Shown: piece by piece, positions 42,825 to 58,995 of the stretch | Position numbering within the stretch: the first letter of the stretch is position 1 | How the letters are laid out: the number at the start of each line of letters is the position of its first letter | Position numbers and translations under genes: made by a program | Assembly: GCA_964016885.1 (NCBI GenBank) | Contig: OZ024742.1 | Location: 333,870,001 to 333,934,000 of the forward strand | Reading direction: 5' to 3' | Source: Eledone cirrhosa | Taxonomy: Eukaryota | DNA length: 64,000 nt | Notes under the pieces: model-generated | Told to the model about the DNA's origin: nothing | Databases searched by the model: none | The model's input: only the letters and a program-made list of their open reading frames with translations

Positions 42825-43079
42825 TAGTGTCACGCTTACTACTCACTCACTTGAACACAAGATTTATCAGCAAACTTTGATTATAAACTTTTTCCGCTGG
42901 ACCAAATTTCTATATTTTGTAGGCCAAAAGATGCGTAATGATCTCCTGTTCACGCCCATATAAGTTTTATCTCAGTTAAATAAAGTAGAGCCGCGCTATA
43001 CTGTCGTAAACAGACGATTGCCAACGAAAACACGACCACAACAATATTACTAAACGGGCTACCGTCGTTTAGGATATAT

Positions 43080-43499
43080 ATTAATAAAAGGAATTCCAAC
43101 TTTGTCTGATTTACTCGTTTTATTTACAATCCTTTAAAATTTATAATGGTATTAGAATGAAATAGTATGGTAGAATATTAAATGTTAAGTGCTAATTGAA
43201 CAAGTACTTTCATGGTTTCGCAATCTTCAGGTTCACATTCTGTGGTGACAAACAAGTTTTCAATTTTCAACTGTTGAAAATTGCAAACTTGACTGTCACC
43301 ACACAATATGAACCTGAATATTGCGAAAGCATGAAAGTACTTGTTCAATTAACACTTAACATTTAATATTCTACCCTACTATTTCATTCTAATACTATTA
43401 TAAATTTTAAAGGATTGTAAATAAAATGAGTAAATAAGACAAAGTTGGAATTCCTTTTATTAATACAATCTTCTATACACAATCATACACACCCGTGTA

Positions 43500-43500
<1 letters not shown>
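43080..43500. mobile_element. Fold-back HHR element, 190-bp arms, centre 43272; hammerheads at 43197-43235 (-) and 43309-43347 (+)
   Basis: TGAAC-CTGAAGA...GAA-AGTACT-T-GTTCA on the left arm (stem II mismatch); right arm core mutated to CTGAATA. Confidence 0.85.
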
Positions 43501-43543
<43 letters not shown>

Positions 43544-43546
<3 letters not shown>

Positions 43547-44472
43547 CGTTTCTGAATTTGTTTAGCAAAATTCTTTATCTGAAAACGTGAGTTGAAACCG
43601 ATATTATTATACTTTGGGAAGGTTATGTTTCCAACAAGAAACACACGCACTAGATGATTTTACTTCAATTTATTATAAATTAAATTTATAAATTTCCGGT
43701 TGGTTGGTTGGTTCCACAACCAGACGATTGTTCATATATTGTCAAAGTTATTTCGTCACACATTATGTGACCTCTTCAGTGACTGGGGATTCTTTTCTTT
43801 TTTGTGCCTCTCCTTTGTTCTGTCCCACGCCATCTTGTTTTTGTGTGTGTTGTGTGCTTAGTTTGCGCGTGTGTTACATCCAGGTGTCTGTGTGTGTTTA
43901 TATTTGTTTATTTGTTTGTTTATTTACATTTTACTGGTTAGTTGTGTGTTCTATGTGTGTGTGTGTTTTCATTCTCTCCTTAATTATAAGTTGTGATGTT
44001 GCTGTTCCATTCATGTTTTCTATTTAATTTTTGGTTGGAGTTCATTTATGTTTAAATAGAAAACATGAGTGGAACAGCAACATCACAACTTACAATTAAG
44101 GACAAAATGAAAACACACACGCACATAGAACAAACAACCAACCAGTAACATGTAAATAAACAAATAAATAAACAAATATAAACACACACAGCTACCCGGA
44201 TGTAACACATGCGCAAAGTAAGCACACAACACACACAAAAACAAGATGGCGTGGGACAGAACAAAGGAGAGGCACAAAAACAAAGAAAAGAATCCCCAGT
44301 CACTGAAGAGGTCACAGAATGTGTGACGAAATAACTTTGACAATATATGAACAATCGTCTGGTTGTGGAACCAACCAACCAACCGGAAATTTATAAATTT
44401 AATTTATAATAAATTGAAGTGAAACAACTGGTGCGTGTGTTTCTTATTGGCCACATGACCCTCCCAAAGTAT

Positions 44473-44480
<8 letters not shown>
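43544..44480. mobile_element. Fold-back HHR element with about 435-bp arms; hammerhead motifs at 43741-43783 (-) and 44299-44341 (+)
   Basis: 43592-44027 inverted at 44052-44480; GTCA-CTGAAGA-g-GTCACA..TGTGAC-GAAATAACTT-TGAC. Confidence 0.85.
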
Positions 44481-44521
<41 letters not shown>

Positions 44522-44624
44522 CATATATCTGAGAGAAGCTACGGATGTGTGGATGGTATCTTCTTCCGCAAACAAAAGACCCAAAGACATGAGCTGCCTC
44601 AATCACTTTGGTCTTAAACCAGAC

Positions 44625-45025
44625 AACAACAAAGCAATAATATCGGTATCATCATCATCAACAACAAAAATAACAATAACGACAATAGACGCAATAACAC
44701 CAACATGTTACACCACCGACTGCCGCAAAAACATTGATACCAATAATATAAATAAAATACCAATAACACAGCAAGACCAACCGCATGAATACAAACATGT
44801 ATAAAAATATCAAAAACGACACCAAACAAACAACATCATTACCAGGACTATTATCACCAACGGCAACAACAACAAAAAAGCAACAGATGTAACAATATCA
44901 CTACCAACAATACCAACAACAAAAAAACAGTAACGAAACAAACAACAACATCATTGACAACAACAACGGCATAATGAACAGCTAAACAACAAACAACGTC
45001 ACAACCACCACCAACAACAATACAA
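44625..45025. repeat. Degenerate (AAC)n tract
   Basis: Direct reading. Confidence 0.8.
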
Positions 45026-45393
45026 GTGGTCCAAAGGAATAGAAACATATCGTTGACATACTCAAGATGAATAACACTCAGTTTAGAGAAATGTGTATAT
45101 AATTTCTATATAATGAGAATAGAGTAGAAATGATATATAGATAGAATTAGCTGTCGAACAGTCAATATATAGTCCATGCAATATACACTATATTATATAG
45201 ATAAAATGTGACAGCGATATGATTTATTTTCCAATTTCTTCTATATCAACATTTCGGATTCTTCTTACCAATAAACATATATACAAAGAATTATATCAAA
45301 AATGCATGAGTATATGGAGGTATCTATACATAGGGTCATACAGAAAGATAGTTATAGTAATATTTTAAATATGTATATATAAATTGGAAGTAT

Positions 45394-48043
<2,650 letters not shown>

Positions 48044-48180
48044 TAGAAAGTGAGGTTTTTTTTACAAAATGAAAAATAACCGAGGTGTCCTACACGAGTG
48101 AAAGTATAAAGAAAAAGAGATGAAATCGAAAATGCAACTGAAGTCTTATTTTTTTTTTAAATATATATATTTATTTGGTT

Positions 48181-48218
48181 CCTTTACCGGTTTCGCAGTT
48201 GTTCTGCTTTTCAAAAGG
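48181..48218 (-). ncRNA. Type I minimal hammerhead, U3:A8 variant
   Basis: CCTT-TTGAAAA-GCAG aacaa CTGC-GAA-ACCGGT-A-AAGG; all three stems pair. Confidence 0.8.
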
Positions 48219-48730
48219 TGAGTTGAGATCGAGGGTCTGTGGTTTTTCTCACATCTGGTTGGTCTGTGAATGTTACTTGTTTTATATGGAAAAAGTGGCT
48301 CGAAATTCCAGGTTTTTCGAGAAGTAATTTGATTGGTTTGTCAATAATTATAATAAATTTCGCGCCAGTTCGCGTTACAATAGTTCTTCAATAAGAGAAG
48401 GGGGGGGGGTTGTCACAGGTTGTTTTTTCATATATGAGTGTTTGAATTTCTTTTTACTTGAAAAAAGGAGGCTCACGAAGGCTTTTTTTTGGTTGGTTAT
48501 AAATGAAATTTGGCTGTCACGTGAACAAGTTTTTTTATTACATTTTTGCGCCCTTATTTGGAAAACTATTCTGTAGTATTTATAGTGAATGTTATGACAA
48601 TGGAGAGATAGTGGTCAAGAGAAAAGGGATTGGGAGAAATGTTCTGGTTCAGTGAATATGGCCAGCTCGCCGGGGTGTCAGAGTTCAGATTTTCTATTGA
48701 GACTGAAGATATGTATGTTTATTTGTGTGC

Positions 48731-48793
<63 letters not shown>

Positions 48794-49058
48794 TATTGGA
48801 AGATGATTCTATTAGTAGAGATGGGGGAGGGAGTTGTGTGTGTGTGTGTATATGGGTGTTATGTGTGTGTGTGCGAGTATGTTAAGATGGAGAGAATATA
48901 TATTTTGTGTGTGTGTATATATATATGTGTGTAGGAAAGTGGTTCTATTAGTAGAAATGGTGAGGGAGTTGTAGGTGTGGGGGTTGTTATGTGTGTGTAT
49001 GGGTGTTATGTGTGTGGGAGTATGGTTAGCATGTTAAGATGAAGAGAATATATATATA

Positions 49059-50047
49059 TCTATATATATAAAACTGTGGTTGTCTGTCTGTCTATCGATT
49101 TTTGGCACACATCTCCTCTTAGAATCTCTCACGGAATTGCACCGAAATTGCTATACTTGTACATTGAGCCCTAGCGAAGACATCGGAAAAAAAACATTTC
49201 AAATTGACCCACCCTATGTGACGAAATCGAATATAATGTATCGATTTTTGAGCGTAAGTTATCAGTTATTTCCCTTTGTTCTGTTTACATTGAGCGTCTT
49301 ACGTAAAAAATTACGCTGGCTCTCTCAGCGTTTAAAATGACATTAACACAATACACGAACAGACAGTTGTCGAGCCAGCAAAATATTGACCTGCAAAATT
49401 CATCAGTTCGAACACTAAGCGTCCGTTTTGCTTCATTTCCATTTAAAAGCATTTTAAAACAATATTTTTACTTGAAAACAAATCTATTTAAAGACTACGT
49501 AAAACAAGCAAATATTTCGTCGTTAGGCGTGCAGACAGACAGTCGTGCAGACAGACAGTCGTGCAGAGAGGTGATATACGCGTGCAGACAGATAGTCGTG
49601 CAGAGAGGTGATATAGGCGTGCAGACAGACAGTCGTGCAGAGAGGTGATATAGGCGTGCAGACAGACAGTCGTGCAGAGAGGTGATATAGGCGTGCAGAC
49701 AGACAGTCGTGCAGAGAGGTGATATAGGCGTGCAGACAGACATAACTGATAATTTGGTTACGCTAATGTTTTTCTCTGCGTTGCAGTGTTTACATTTTCG
49801 ATCTTTGTTAATAAATAACCAGTGCAGTTTCTATCCCCAGCATCCTCTTTTGTTATAACATTCGGGTTATCGTTATTTTTTCTTAACTTCATAAGGCATA
49901 TTGTTGGTTGAGGGAATATTAATCAAAAACACCACATGCAAGTCTGCACAGTAGACACTACAGTTTTTAAGCCAAGAAAGAAACTTAACATTGTAACTTT
50001 AACACAGCTACTGAGCGACCCCGAGCAACGCCGGGCTTTACTGCTAG
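49059..50047 (+). mobile_element. Non-autonomous Helitron-like element with internal ~37-bp minisatellite (49525-49742)
   Basis: A|TCTATATATATAAAACTGTGG start; subterminal hairpin CCCGAGCAACGCCGGG (50019-50035); CTAG|T end; no TSD. Confidence 0.8.
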
Positions 50048-51184
50048 TATATATATATATATAATTGTGTGTGTGTGTATGTGTGTGTGTAGGATAGTGA
50101 TTCCTTTAGTAGGAATATTTTTGAATGGACATATTTTCCTTACTTTTTCGTGTTTGCTGTTGTATTGCCAGTGCAAACGTATGTTAAGGTTTATTTAGTT
50201 CGGGTTTTTATTTTCTAAAGTAGAAGGTGTTATGTGTGTGTGTGTATGTCATATTGTGGTGTTGACATAATGTATATTAAACCTTATTTAATGTTGGTCT
50301 ATATTTTTGAATAAACATATTTTCCTTATTTATTCGCATTTGTTCTGTTGTATTGTTAGCGCAAAGGTAAAATGGAAAGACTTGGAATTTGGGTGTCTTA
50401 TTACTTGCACAAATGTCTAGATGTGCACTTAGTGGTATCTGTCTCGTGGTTGGATCTCGTAATTGTTGGCGATGAACTGTCATCTGTTTCTGAGTGTGAG
50501 TTTAGATTGTTCTATATAATCTTCATTGCATCCTTTACATTTAATGGCATAAAGTAGATTTTTTGATGAGCAAGTGAAGTGATTTTTTACAGTAAAATTT
50601 TGTCCTGATTTAAATGTATACGTGTTGCCTTCAATGAGGTGAGTGCAGGTTCCACAATTAGAGCGACCACATTTTTTGATACTTGGTTGTGGGTTTGTGG
50701 TAGGTAATTTGGCATTGGTGAGTAATGTTTTCAGTGATTTTGGTTGTCTTTTGCTTTTGATTATTTTGTGTGTTTCAAGGGCTTTTTTCATTCTTGGGTT
50801 TTGTTTTAGTAGTGGGATGTTATTGTGAATAGTGTCGTAAGCTTCCGCATTTATTGGGTTGTGTGTTGAGATATATGGTAGAATATTGGACGTACCTTGA
50901 ATTTGTTTCTGTTTCTGTAATTCATCAATGCCTATTTCAAGTAAAAAGAAATTCAAACACTCATATATGAAAAGACAACCTGTGACAACCCCCCCCCCTC
51001 TCTTATTTGAAGAACTATTGTAGCGCGAACTGGCGCGAAATTTATTATAATTATTGACAAACCAATCAAATTACTTCTCGAAAAACCTGGAATTTCGAGC
51101 CACTTTTTCCATATAAAACAAGTAACATTCAGAGACCAACCAGATGTGAGAAAAACCACAGACCCTACATCTCAACTCACCTTT

Positions 51185-53095
51185 GCCGGTAGGAGTAAAA
51201 GGGGGAGGGCGTGGTGTAGACCCATTCATGCGTTGGTAGTGCCAGCTACAGGTGGGTGTGAGGTCAAAGAGGATACTGGGGAGGGGGAGGGGGAGGAGGT
51301 CGAAACGGTAAGTAGAACAATGAAAGGTAAAACTATAAAAGGTACTGAGAGAGAAAAAAAATAAGCAAAATCTGGTTACTAAGACATGAGTCTCTCGCTA
51401 TTGCTAGGCTAAAGAAATACATAAATAAATAAATAAACAAATAAGTGAATAAAAGAATAGATAAATAAATTTAAAAAAAAAATATATATATATAATGTAG
51501 AATAAAAAAATAATAAATAATAATAATAGAAAAAAAATAGGTGGGACGGAAATAAAGGGACCCTTATACGAGGTATAAGTGCGTGTGTCGTACGGTGACG
51601 GGTCAACAAGTGGGGGGGGGGGGGCAGAATACTAAAGAGACAGCCACGAAAATAATAAGGGTTTCTACCCCAATCACGGGGCCAGCAACCACCCAGTGCC
51701 AGAAAGTAAACTAGTACGAGAATATAATTCAGGGTCCCGCAAAAAAATACTAGTGCTAACTCTAAGGGTACCGCCACGAAACAAAAAGTCTTATACAAGC
51801 TACATGAACGATCGTACGAAGTAAAAGTAAAGAACGGAAAATTAATACAGGAACCCCCCCCCCCCCCCCCCCCCCCCCCAAAAGAAAGGGAAAAAGAAGA
51901 AAGAAATACTGGATAAACGAGAAATTAAAGCAAAGATGCCACTAAGAAATATAGAAGGCACGGAAAAAAGGGACAGCGGTCGGAGAAGGGGGCGAGTATC
52001 CGAAGTCTAACACCTCTGCTATAAAAAGCGGAGTCAGCCAAATCTATCATAGAATAGGGGAGGGGTGGGGGTGCTGAAGCTACCAGGGACCGATGGGCTA
52101 CCTCGGGTGGGCGAGAAAAAGACGACGACAAAGAAAGGGAACTGGGGTAGAAGGACTAGGGAGGGATGGGGGGAAGGAGGAAATATAGAGGAAGCGATAA
52201 AAGAATGTAAAATAAGATCTTACGTCTCCATTGGCAAGCAGGGGTTACCCATTACAAAATAGGCAAGTGGGGTGTTATAGCCCTAGTCTACCCCCCGGGT
52301 CATTATGGGGTTTGAGGGCTAGGTAAGTCCTACGTAATCGGTGTTTACATGCAGTAACCAGTTCATCTTTCTTGTTTAGGAGTTGGTCCGTCGAAAACAA
52401 CATTTGTAATGTTTCCTCCGAGCATAAATTGCACGGACGGCGTCCTCCCGTGTAAGAGTTGGCTCTGGACAGTAATTTCCAAGTGAGATCATAGTTGATG
52501 TTGTTGTCCTTGAGGTCCCATATGTGGCCCGAAAGTGTAGTGGCGTGACGCCGGGCCGGGTTTCGGAAGGTATGTCTGTGTTGGTATAGCCGGGTCTTGA
52601 AGTCGCATGCTGTTAATCCTATATAGGCTTTGTTGGATGTGTCCGTGCTCACGTTGCACTGGTAGATCACATTACGGTCTCTACATCTGTTGTCGAGTGG
52701 GAAACTGGATCTATCAGGACAGTTGCACCTCCTGATCGGCTCTCCACTGCTATTTAGGTTGTTTCTTCCATCGGGGTTGAGTTTTTTGTTGTTGGAGGAG
52801 ACTATGTTTTGTGCGAAGTTAGGTGTAGTGCTGTAAGAGAGTTTGATGGTATTTTTGTTAATTATGTTGTGGTAGCGGTGTTGTGGTGGGAAGTGTTTTT
52901 CAATGAGCCTAAAGAAAATTTTCCCGATGGGAGTTGTCACCTCGGCGTTGTGGGGAGGATTGAACCATGTTACATTGCGTGAGCGCCGGTGTCGCCTGCT
53001 GCTTCCGCTAATGGGAGCTGGACAGTAGGATATTTCCTCCCGGAAACCACTCCGCTTAAGGGCCTGGTTGTAGTAAGGCGCATGTTCATCGAATA
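51185..53095 (-). mobile_element. Naiad-type PLE fragment (GIY-YIG ORF 52275-52940 and 3' UTR)
   Basis: HRYHNIINKNTIKLSYS, CNCPDRSSFPLDNRC, VIYQC..YIG..FKTRLYQH, CNLC, CKH; UTR homologous to 53935-54965. Confidence 0.88.
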
Positions 53096-53118
53096 TTTTC
53101 TCATTATATATATATATA

Positions 53119-53655
53119 TATAAAATATAAAAAAAATAATGAATAAAACAATGAAACAGTTCCTTATATTAAACAAAAAAAGTTCATTATTTAACGATCG
53201 TTTCTAGGATATATATGTGTTAGAATTGGCATGCATATTCAACAGATCTATGTACAAAATTATACAAAATTATACAAACTATCAAAATTAAATATGCATA
53301 CCAACACATATATATGCCGTCGACGGCATATATATGTGTTGGTATGTATATTTAATTTTGATAGTTTGTATAATTTTGTATAATTTTGTACATAGATCTG
53401 TTGAATATGCATGCCAATTCTAACACATATATATCCTAGAAACGATCGTTAAATAATGAACTTTTTTTGTTTAATATAAGGAACTGTTTCATTGTTTTAT
53501 TCATTATTTTTTTTATATTTTATCTTGACTCTGTGTTCCGTTTATCTTTCACCGAAAGTGATTTTTCATTGCATCTCTTCTTTCAATGATATCCGGATTA
53601 CATTGAGTTCTTCATACGGATTGGACACTACTGTAAACTCTTGGTAGATTTATCT

Positions 53656-53656
<1 letters not shown>
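53119..53656 (+). mobile_element. Near-perfect fold-back (about 203-bp arms, centre GTC|GAC at 53321) of a long-stem-II HHR element
   Basis: 53119-53321 inverted at 53322-53524; another copy at 57004-57236. Confidence 0.85.
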
Positions 53657-53710
<54 letters not shown>

Positions 53711-53714
<4 letters not shown>

Positions 53715-55301
53715 AACTCGTAGGACCCCGACGGCTGAGCTCAAGCCGTTTGGACGGCTAATTCTGGACTAAATGAAATTTTTTATCCTGGTATATGAAT
53801 AGCCGAGCTTCTCAGGGGGTAAGGGGGTAATTCCATGTATGGTAAAAGTGATTGTCACAAGGATTGGTCAAAAGTTTGTTGTTGAGACACATAATTCTAT
53901 CATGGCAATTTGTGGAGGGAAACGGTAGCTGAACCTGCCAGTAGAAGAATGAGGGAGAGGGGGTGGAGGTAACCCAGTCGTGCGATGATAGTGCCAGCTA
54001 CAGCTGGGCAGGAGGTCAAAGAAGTATACTAGGGAGGGGGAGGAAGAGGAAGTCGAAACAATAAGTAAAACAATATGGGGTAAATATATAGAAAAATACC
54101 GAGAATATTTTAAAAAAATTAAATGTAAAAAAAAACAATTTCTGGTTACTATAACCTAAGGACAGCTATCAAGTCTCTCACTGGTACTGCTAGACTAAAG
54201 AAAGGTTTACTAGGTGGGACAGAATTATAATGAAACCCTTTTAAGTGGTATAAGTAATCAACCGAGTATATCTTACGGTGACGGGTCAACAAATTGGCGG
54301 CCAAAATACTAAAGAAACTACCACGAAATAATAATTCAGAGTCCCGAGACCAATACGAAATAAAGGTTTCTACCCCAGGCACAAGGCCAGCAACCATGCA
54401 GTGCAAAAAAAAAATAAACTAATACGAAATAATAATTCAGAATCCCGAAAAAGAATACTAGTACTATCTCTAAGGGTGCCGCCACGATTCAAAAATTCTA
54501 GTGCAAACTACATAAATGCTCGTACGAAGTATATGAAAAATTTGATACGGAAAATTAATTCAGAACCCCCTCCCCCTCCCCCCAAAAGAAAATACTGATA
54601 TACGAGAACATAAAGCTAAGATACCACTAAGAAATATAGAAAGCACGGAAAAAGGGCAGCCATCGGATAAGAAGGCAAGTATCCGGGGTCTAACACATAT
54701 GCTATAAAAAGCGGAGTCGGCCAAATCTATCATAGAATAGGGGAAGGGGGTAGGGGTACTGAGGCTACAAAGGACCGAGGGGCTGCCTCGGGTGGGCGAG
54801 AAAGTGAAAAGGATGACGACAAAGAAAGAGGACTGGGTGGAGGGACTAGGGAGGGATGGGGGGGGGGGGGAAATATAGAGGAAGCGATAAAAAGATGTAA
54901 AAGAAGATCTTACGTCTACCTTTGCAAGCAGGGGTTACCCATTACAAAGTCGGCAAGTGGAGTGTTATAGCCCTAGTCTACCCCCCCCCCCGGGTCATTA
55001 TGGGGTTTGAGGGCGAGGTAAGTCCTACGCAATCTGTGTTTACATGCAGTTACCAGTTCATCTTTCTTGTTTAGGAGTTGGTCCGTCGACAATCACTTTT
55101 ACCATATATGGAATTACCCCCTGAGAAGCTCGGTTCATATACCAGGATAAAAATGTTCATTTAGTCCAAAATTATCCGTCGAAACGGCTTGAGCTCAGCC
55201 GCCGGGGTCCTACTCGTTCCTATTACCCACTCTACTACCCTAAGTATTGAGTACTTTGGTGCGTTATGGTCCACCTGGTTCCTTACCACATTTCCTTCGT
55301 T
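53711..55301 (-). mobile_element. Second Naiad-family copy: ORF tail, 3' UTR and pLTR, with inverted pLTR at 55088-55301; HHR motifs at 53726-53819 (-) and 55117-55207 (+)
   Basis: 54966-55087 matches 52275-52393; consensus CCCC-CTGAGAA-G..CGGCTA...TAGCCG.C-GAA-ACGGC ttgagctca GCCGT-C-GGGG, each copy with a core lesion. Confidence 0.8.
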
Positions 55302-55334
55302 ATATATATATAAATATCTATATATATATATATA

Positions 55335-55366
<32 letters not shown>

Positions 55367-55388
55367 AGTATATATCTATCTATCTATC

Positions 55389-56262
55389 TAAGGCGGGTAA
55401 CATTCCCGAGATCCATGGACGAGTTCTCTCCAGCGGTCTCTGTCCCTCATTATCGCTGCCATATCCTGCATCTCCAACAGACCAGTGTCTGTCCTTAGGG
55501 CATCAACATATGTTAACCTTGGTCTTCCTCTTCTAGTGTGTCCATGTAGGGGCTCCCAAAGGAGCACTGAGTGCAATGTCAACTCTGGATGTCAGTGAGC
55601 ATGTCCAGCCAACCTCAGTCTCCTCTGTGTCACTTTTGAGCTGACTTTTGGGATGCTCCCATACAGCTCTGAGTTTTTCATCCTCAGTGTATACTGATTA
55701 ATGTTCAGAGCCATCCTCAGCATTCTCGTGTAGCACCCATCCACCATCTGAGTGAGTTTCTTGGTCAGTGTCCAAGTCTCAGACCCATACAGCAGCACAG
55801 ACTCCACTACAGCAATGAAGAGGCGGATTTTCAGGTCTCTACGAAGGTCCGACTTCCACACCGATCACAAGCTGTGGCACGCCGCCCGGGCCTTGCTCTT
55901 CCTCTCAACCACATCATCCTCCGTATTCCCAATCTTTGCTCCCAAATACAGGAAGTCCTCAACCAATTCCAGCGGCTTCCCGCCTACATTAGTGATCCCC
56001 TCTGGCTTCTCAACATTCTCTACCAGATATTTTGTTTTAGTCTCATTCATTCTCAGCCCCACACTCATCGACGCAGTCTCAACCTCCCGCATCAAATCCC
56101 CTGCCTCTTTCACTGTATTTGTCACCAAAACTATGTCGTCGGCAAATTCAGCATCCGATATCTTTTTCGCCCCAACTCTCCTGCTCTGAGCCGGTGCTAC
56201 AGTAAAGCCAGAGTCGTGGTGTTTCTCCAGTGCAAGGCGCATACAATAGTCCACTACGATGA
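55389..56262 (-). mobile_element. Decayed RTE-group LINE 3' fragment
   Basis: [56 protein letters not shown]; ends in (TAGA)n. Confidence 0.85.
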
Positions 56263-56271
56263 TAAAAAGGT

Positions 56272-56302
<31 letters not shown>

Positions 56303-56345
56303 AGTATATATATATATATATATATAAGTATATATATATATATAA

Positions 56346-56412
<67 letters not shown>

Positions 56413-56444
56413 AGTATATATATATATAAGTATATATATATATA

Positions 56445-56748
56445 TCTGCTCAATGGCCTTCGTTCGTGCTGGACTATTCTTTCCCTAGCGCTACCTGCAG
56501 TATTTTTCTCTATATTTTAATACATATATTTACCACTGCGATTCTGTGTTTTTTCTCTCTCTCTTACTGTTCCCCCATTCTCTCTGTTTCTCCCCCTCTG
56601 TCTTGTCCGTTAACTCTTCCTCACACTTTCACTCACTCACTGTTTTTCTCCCTCTTCTCTTCATTTCATCCTGCACTCACGGACGCTATTTTTTCTCTCT
56701 CTGCTCAATGCCCTTCGTTCGTGCTGGACTATTCTTTCCCTAGCGCTC
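56445..56748 (+). repeat. About 48-bp direct repeat pair
   Basis: CTGCTCAATG.CCTTCGTTCGTGCTGGACTATTCTTTCCCTAGCGCT at about 56445 and 56701. Confidence 0.7.
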
Positions 56749-56967
56749 ATATATTCACCTAGCTTACGCTAACAGAATAATTTTTGAAGCTTGTTTCTCT
56801 CCCACGGTATGCTATCTTTTCTGTTGTTCTCCTGTCTCACTCGCTTTACGCGTTTTAATTGTCCTAATAACTTATTTTGGTTATTATTGCACCGAAGTGA
56901 GATATATGATTTTTAATGCAATGAAATATCTATGATCTTCGGCAAATCACTGATGAGGGATGTATTT

Positions 56968-57008
<41 letters not shown>

Positions 57009-57029
57009 TAAATCTACCAAGAGTTTACG

Positions 57030-57168
57030 GTGAAGACGGCATATATGTGTGTTTGGTATGTATATTTAATCTTGATAGTTTGTATAATTTTGTATAATTT
57101 TGTACATAGATCTGTTGAATATGCATGCCAATTCTAACACATATATATCCTAGAAACGATCGTTAAAT
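57030..57168 (+). ncRNA. Hammerhead-like motif with about 115-nt stem II domain, 5' edge clipped by an inversion junction
   Basis: gTGAAGA-CGGCATATATGTGT..TTGGTATGTATATTTAA...TTGAATATGCATGCCAA..ACACATATATATCC-ta-GAA-ACGATCGT-T. Confidence 0.6.
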
Positions 57169-57228
57169 GATGAACTTTTTTTGTTTAATATAAGGAACTG
57201 TTTCATTGTTTTATTCATTATTTTTTTA

Positions 57229-57327
<99 letters not shown>

Positions 57328-58709
57328 GTATATATATATATATATATATATCAATTTAAAAAACGGAGCTAAAAACTCACATTAATCTCCTATAATTTAA
57401 TGAGTTCAAGGATTTGATTCCGAGCTCTTTATAAATCAGCATTTAGAGAGAAGTACACATAGAGTTATGTATTCAACCATAGGAGATAAAAACCACCACA
57501 GTGATGAACATATTGTGTACAAAACGAAATGTGCTTACAAATTAATTAAAATAATAAATTAAAGTGTATTAACGGTCCAATAATAACTATAACACACGGA
57601 CATTCTCAAATTAGTGAAGAATACATATTGTAGAGGGCTGCTCGGAAGGTGGACATACACTATGATCCGCACTTCTAAAAATATATCAGATAACTAAGAA
57701 AACACGAGAAAAGACATGTGAGTTATATAGCCCACAGTGGTGTGAACAGACTAAAAGACCGCTAAAAACAGCAGCTCACAACCATTTAACTTAAGAATCT
57801 CTACTTACATATAGAAATGAATTGGAAACAAATAAAAACGGCTTTAAAGGATCACATTAATCCATTTAATTTAATGAAATCAGAAAACCACCAGAGTGGT
57901 GATCATATTGTCTACGAAAGGAAAGATGAATACAAATTAATTAAAAGAATCCCCTATGATTGAACACATATCTCTATGTGTACTTCTCTCTCTCTCTATG
58001 TATATATATATGTATATATATATATGTGTGTATGTGTGTGTGTGAATATTGTTATATATAATTCATCGCCTATATATATGAATGAATATATACATATATG
58101 CATAGACACATTTATATATATATGTGTGTGTGGGTGTATGTATATATATGTGTCCACGTATGTGTGTATATGTACTTGTGTGTGAGGGCGTGCGTGTGCG
58201 CGAATGTATGTATAATTTTTGCCTAGATATAGAAAATATATCTTTAAAGATAACGTGAAATATAATCCTCAACTTGGGTGTTCGCTAATATGCATCAGAC
58301 CGTCAGTTCACAAAGACTTCAATAATTTATGTTTATGTGTGTGTGGTAAAATTTACGCATTTTTTCAAATATTCTTTGTTGTTACTATTCCATTTCTATG
58401 TCGTTAGTATTTCATCCAACTTAGGTTGAAGGGAGGAAAATGTCTCTTCACTACCAGAATGTAGGCAAAAGAAACGGTCCGTGGTGTATAAAGGCTAGAT
58501 GGGCACTGGTGGGAATTAAAAGACCTGAACATTTCGTCGGTACTCTAAATATTAGCTGACCTAGACGTATTGGCTTACTGGAAAACAGTGAGCTGGAAAT
58601 GATAACCACATATAGAGCTGACGCAAAGTTTACCAATATGGCAGAAAGAAAGTCACGCTCAATAGAAATCAGTAATATATAGTATTAGAAACAAGCCAAG
58701 GATCTAGAG

Positions 58710-58995
58710 CAGTTATGGGCAACCTTCGGCCCGCGAAGCTTTCTGAATGGCTCACCTAAGTCACCTAATTCAATCTTTCTGATTTTTTACCCCAATTTTT
58801 CACTCGTAATTTATCTTTCTATTACTTTTACGATGGAGGAAAACAACGTGTAGGAATTCAGAAGAAACAAATCAAAACAACCTGAGTTACCACCCTTTTT
58901 TTACTGTGGGCACGAATGTAAATTAGCATTTGCAGCCCGCCTGATGATGAGCCATATCTCATGCGGGCTCATGCCTCATCTAGAGGCTGACAGCG
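58710..58995. mobile_element. Possible decayed hAT/Charlie-like MITE
   Basis: CAGTTATGGGCAACCTTCGGCCCGCG resembles Charlie-type TIRs and follows ATCTAGAG; right TIR poor. Confidence 0.35.

Larger units (their letters stand above)
48044..51184 (-). mobile_element. 5'-truncated Neptune-type PLE with inverted 5' pLTR, interrupted by a Helitron-like element
   Basis: CGRSNCGTC, FTCSSKNLLYAIKCKGCNEDYI, MTVHRQQ (50277-50936, one frameshift); 50937-51184 is the reverse complement of 48214-48462. Confidence 0.85.

Noticed and set aside
49525-49742. ~37-bp repeats resembling a CRISPR array
   Set aside because: Head-to-tail minisatellite without unique spacers, no cas genes, eukaryotic context
50477-50485. 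TGA within the Neptune GIY-YIG region as selenocysteine
   Set aside because: Explained by a 1-nt frameshift (AGA-ATG overlap) and not at a Cys position
56949-56970. CTGATGAGGGA as a hammerhead
   Set aside because: Cut off by a TA tract; no GAAA half present
58702-58985. ATCTAGAG pair as a firm 8-bp hAT TSD
   Set aside because: No matching right TIR inside the second copy; kept only as a low-confidence MITE
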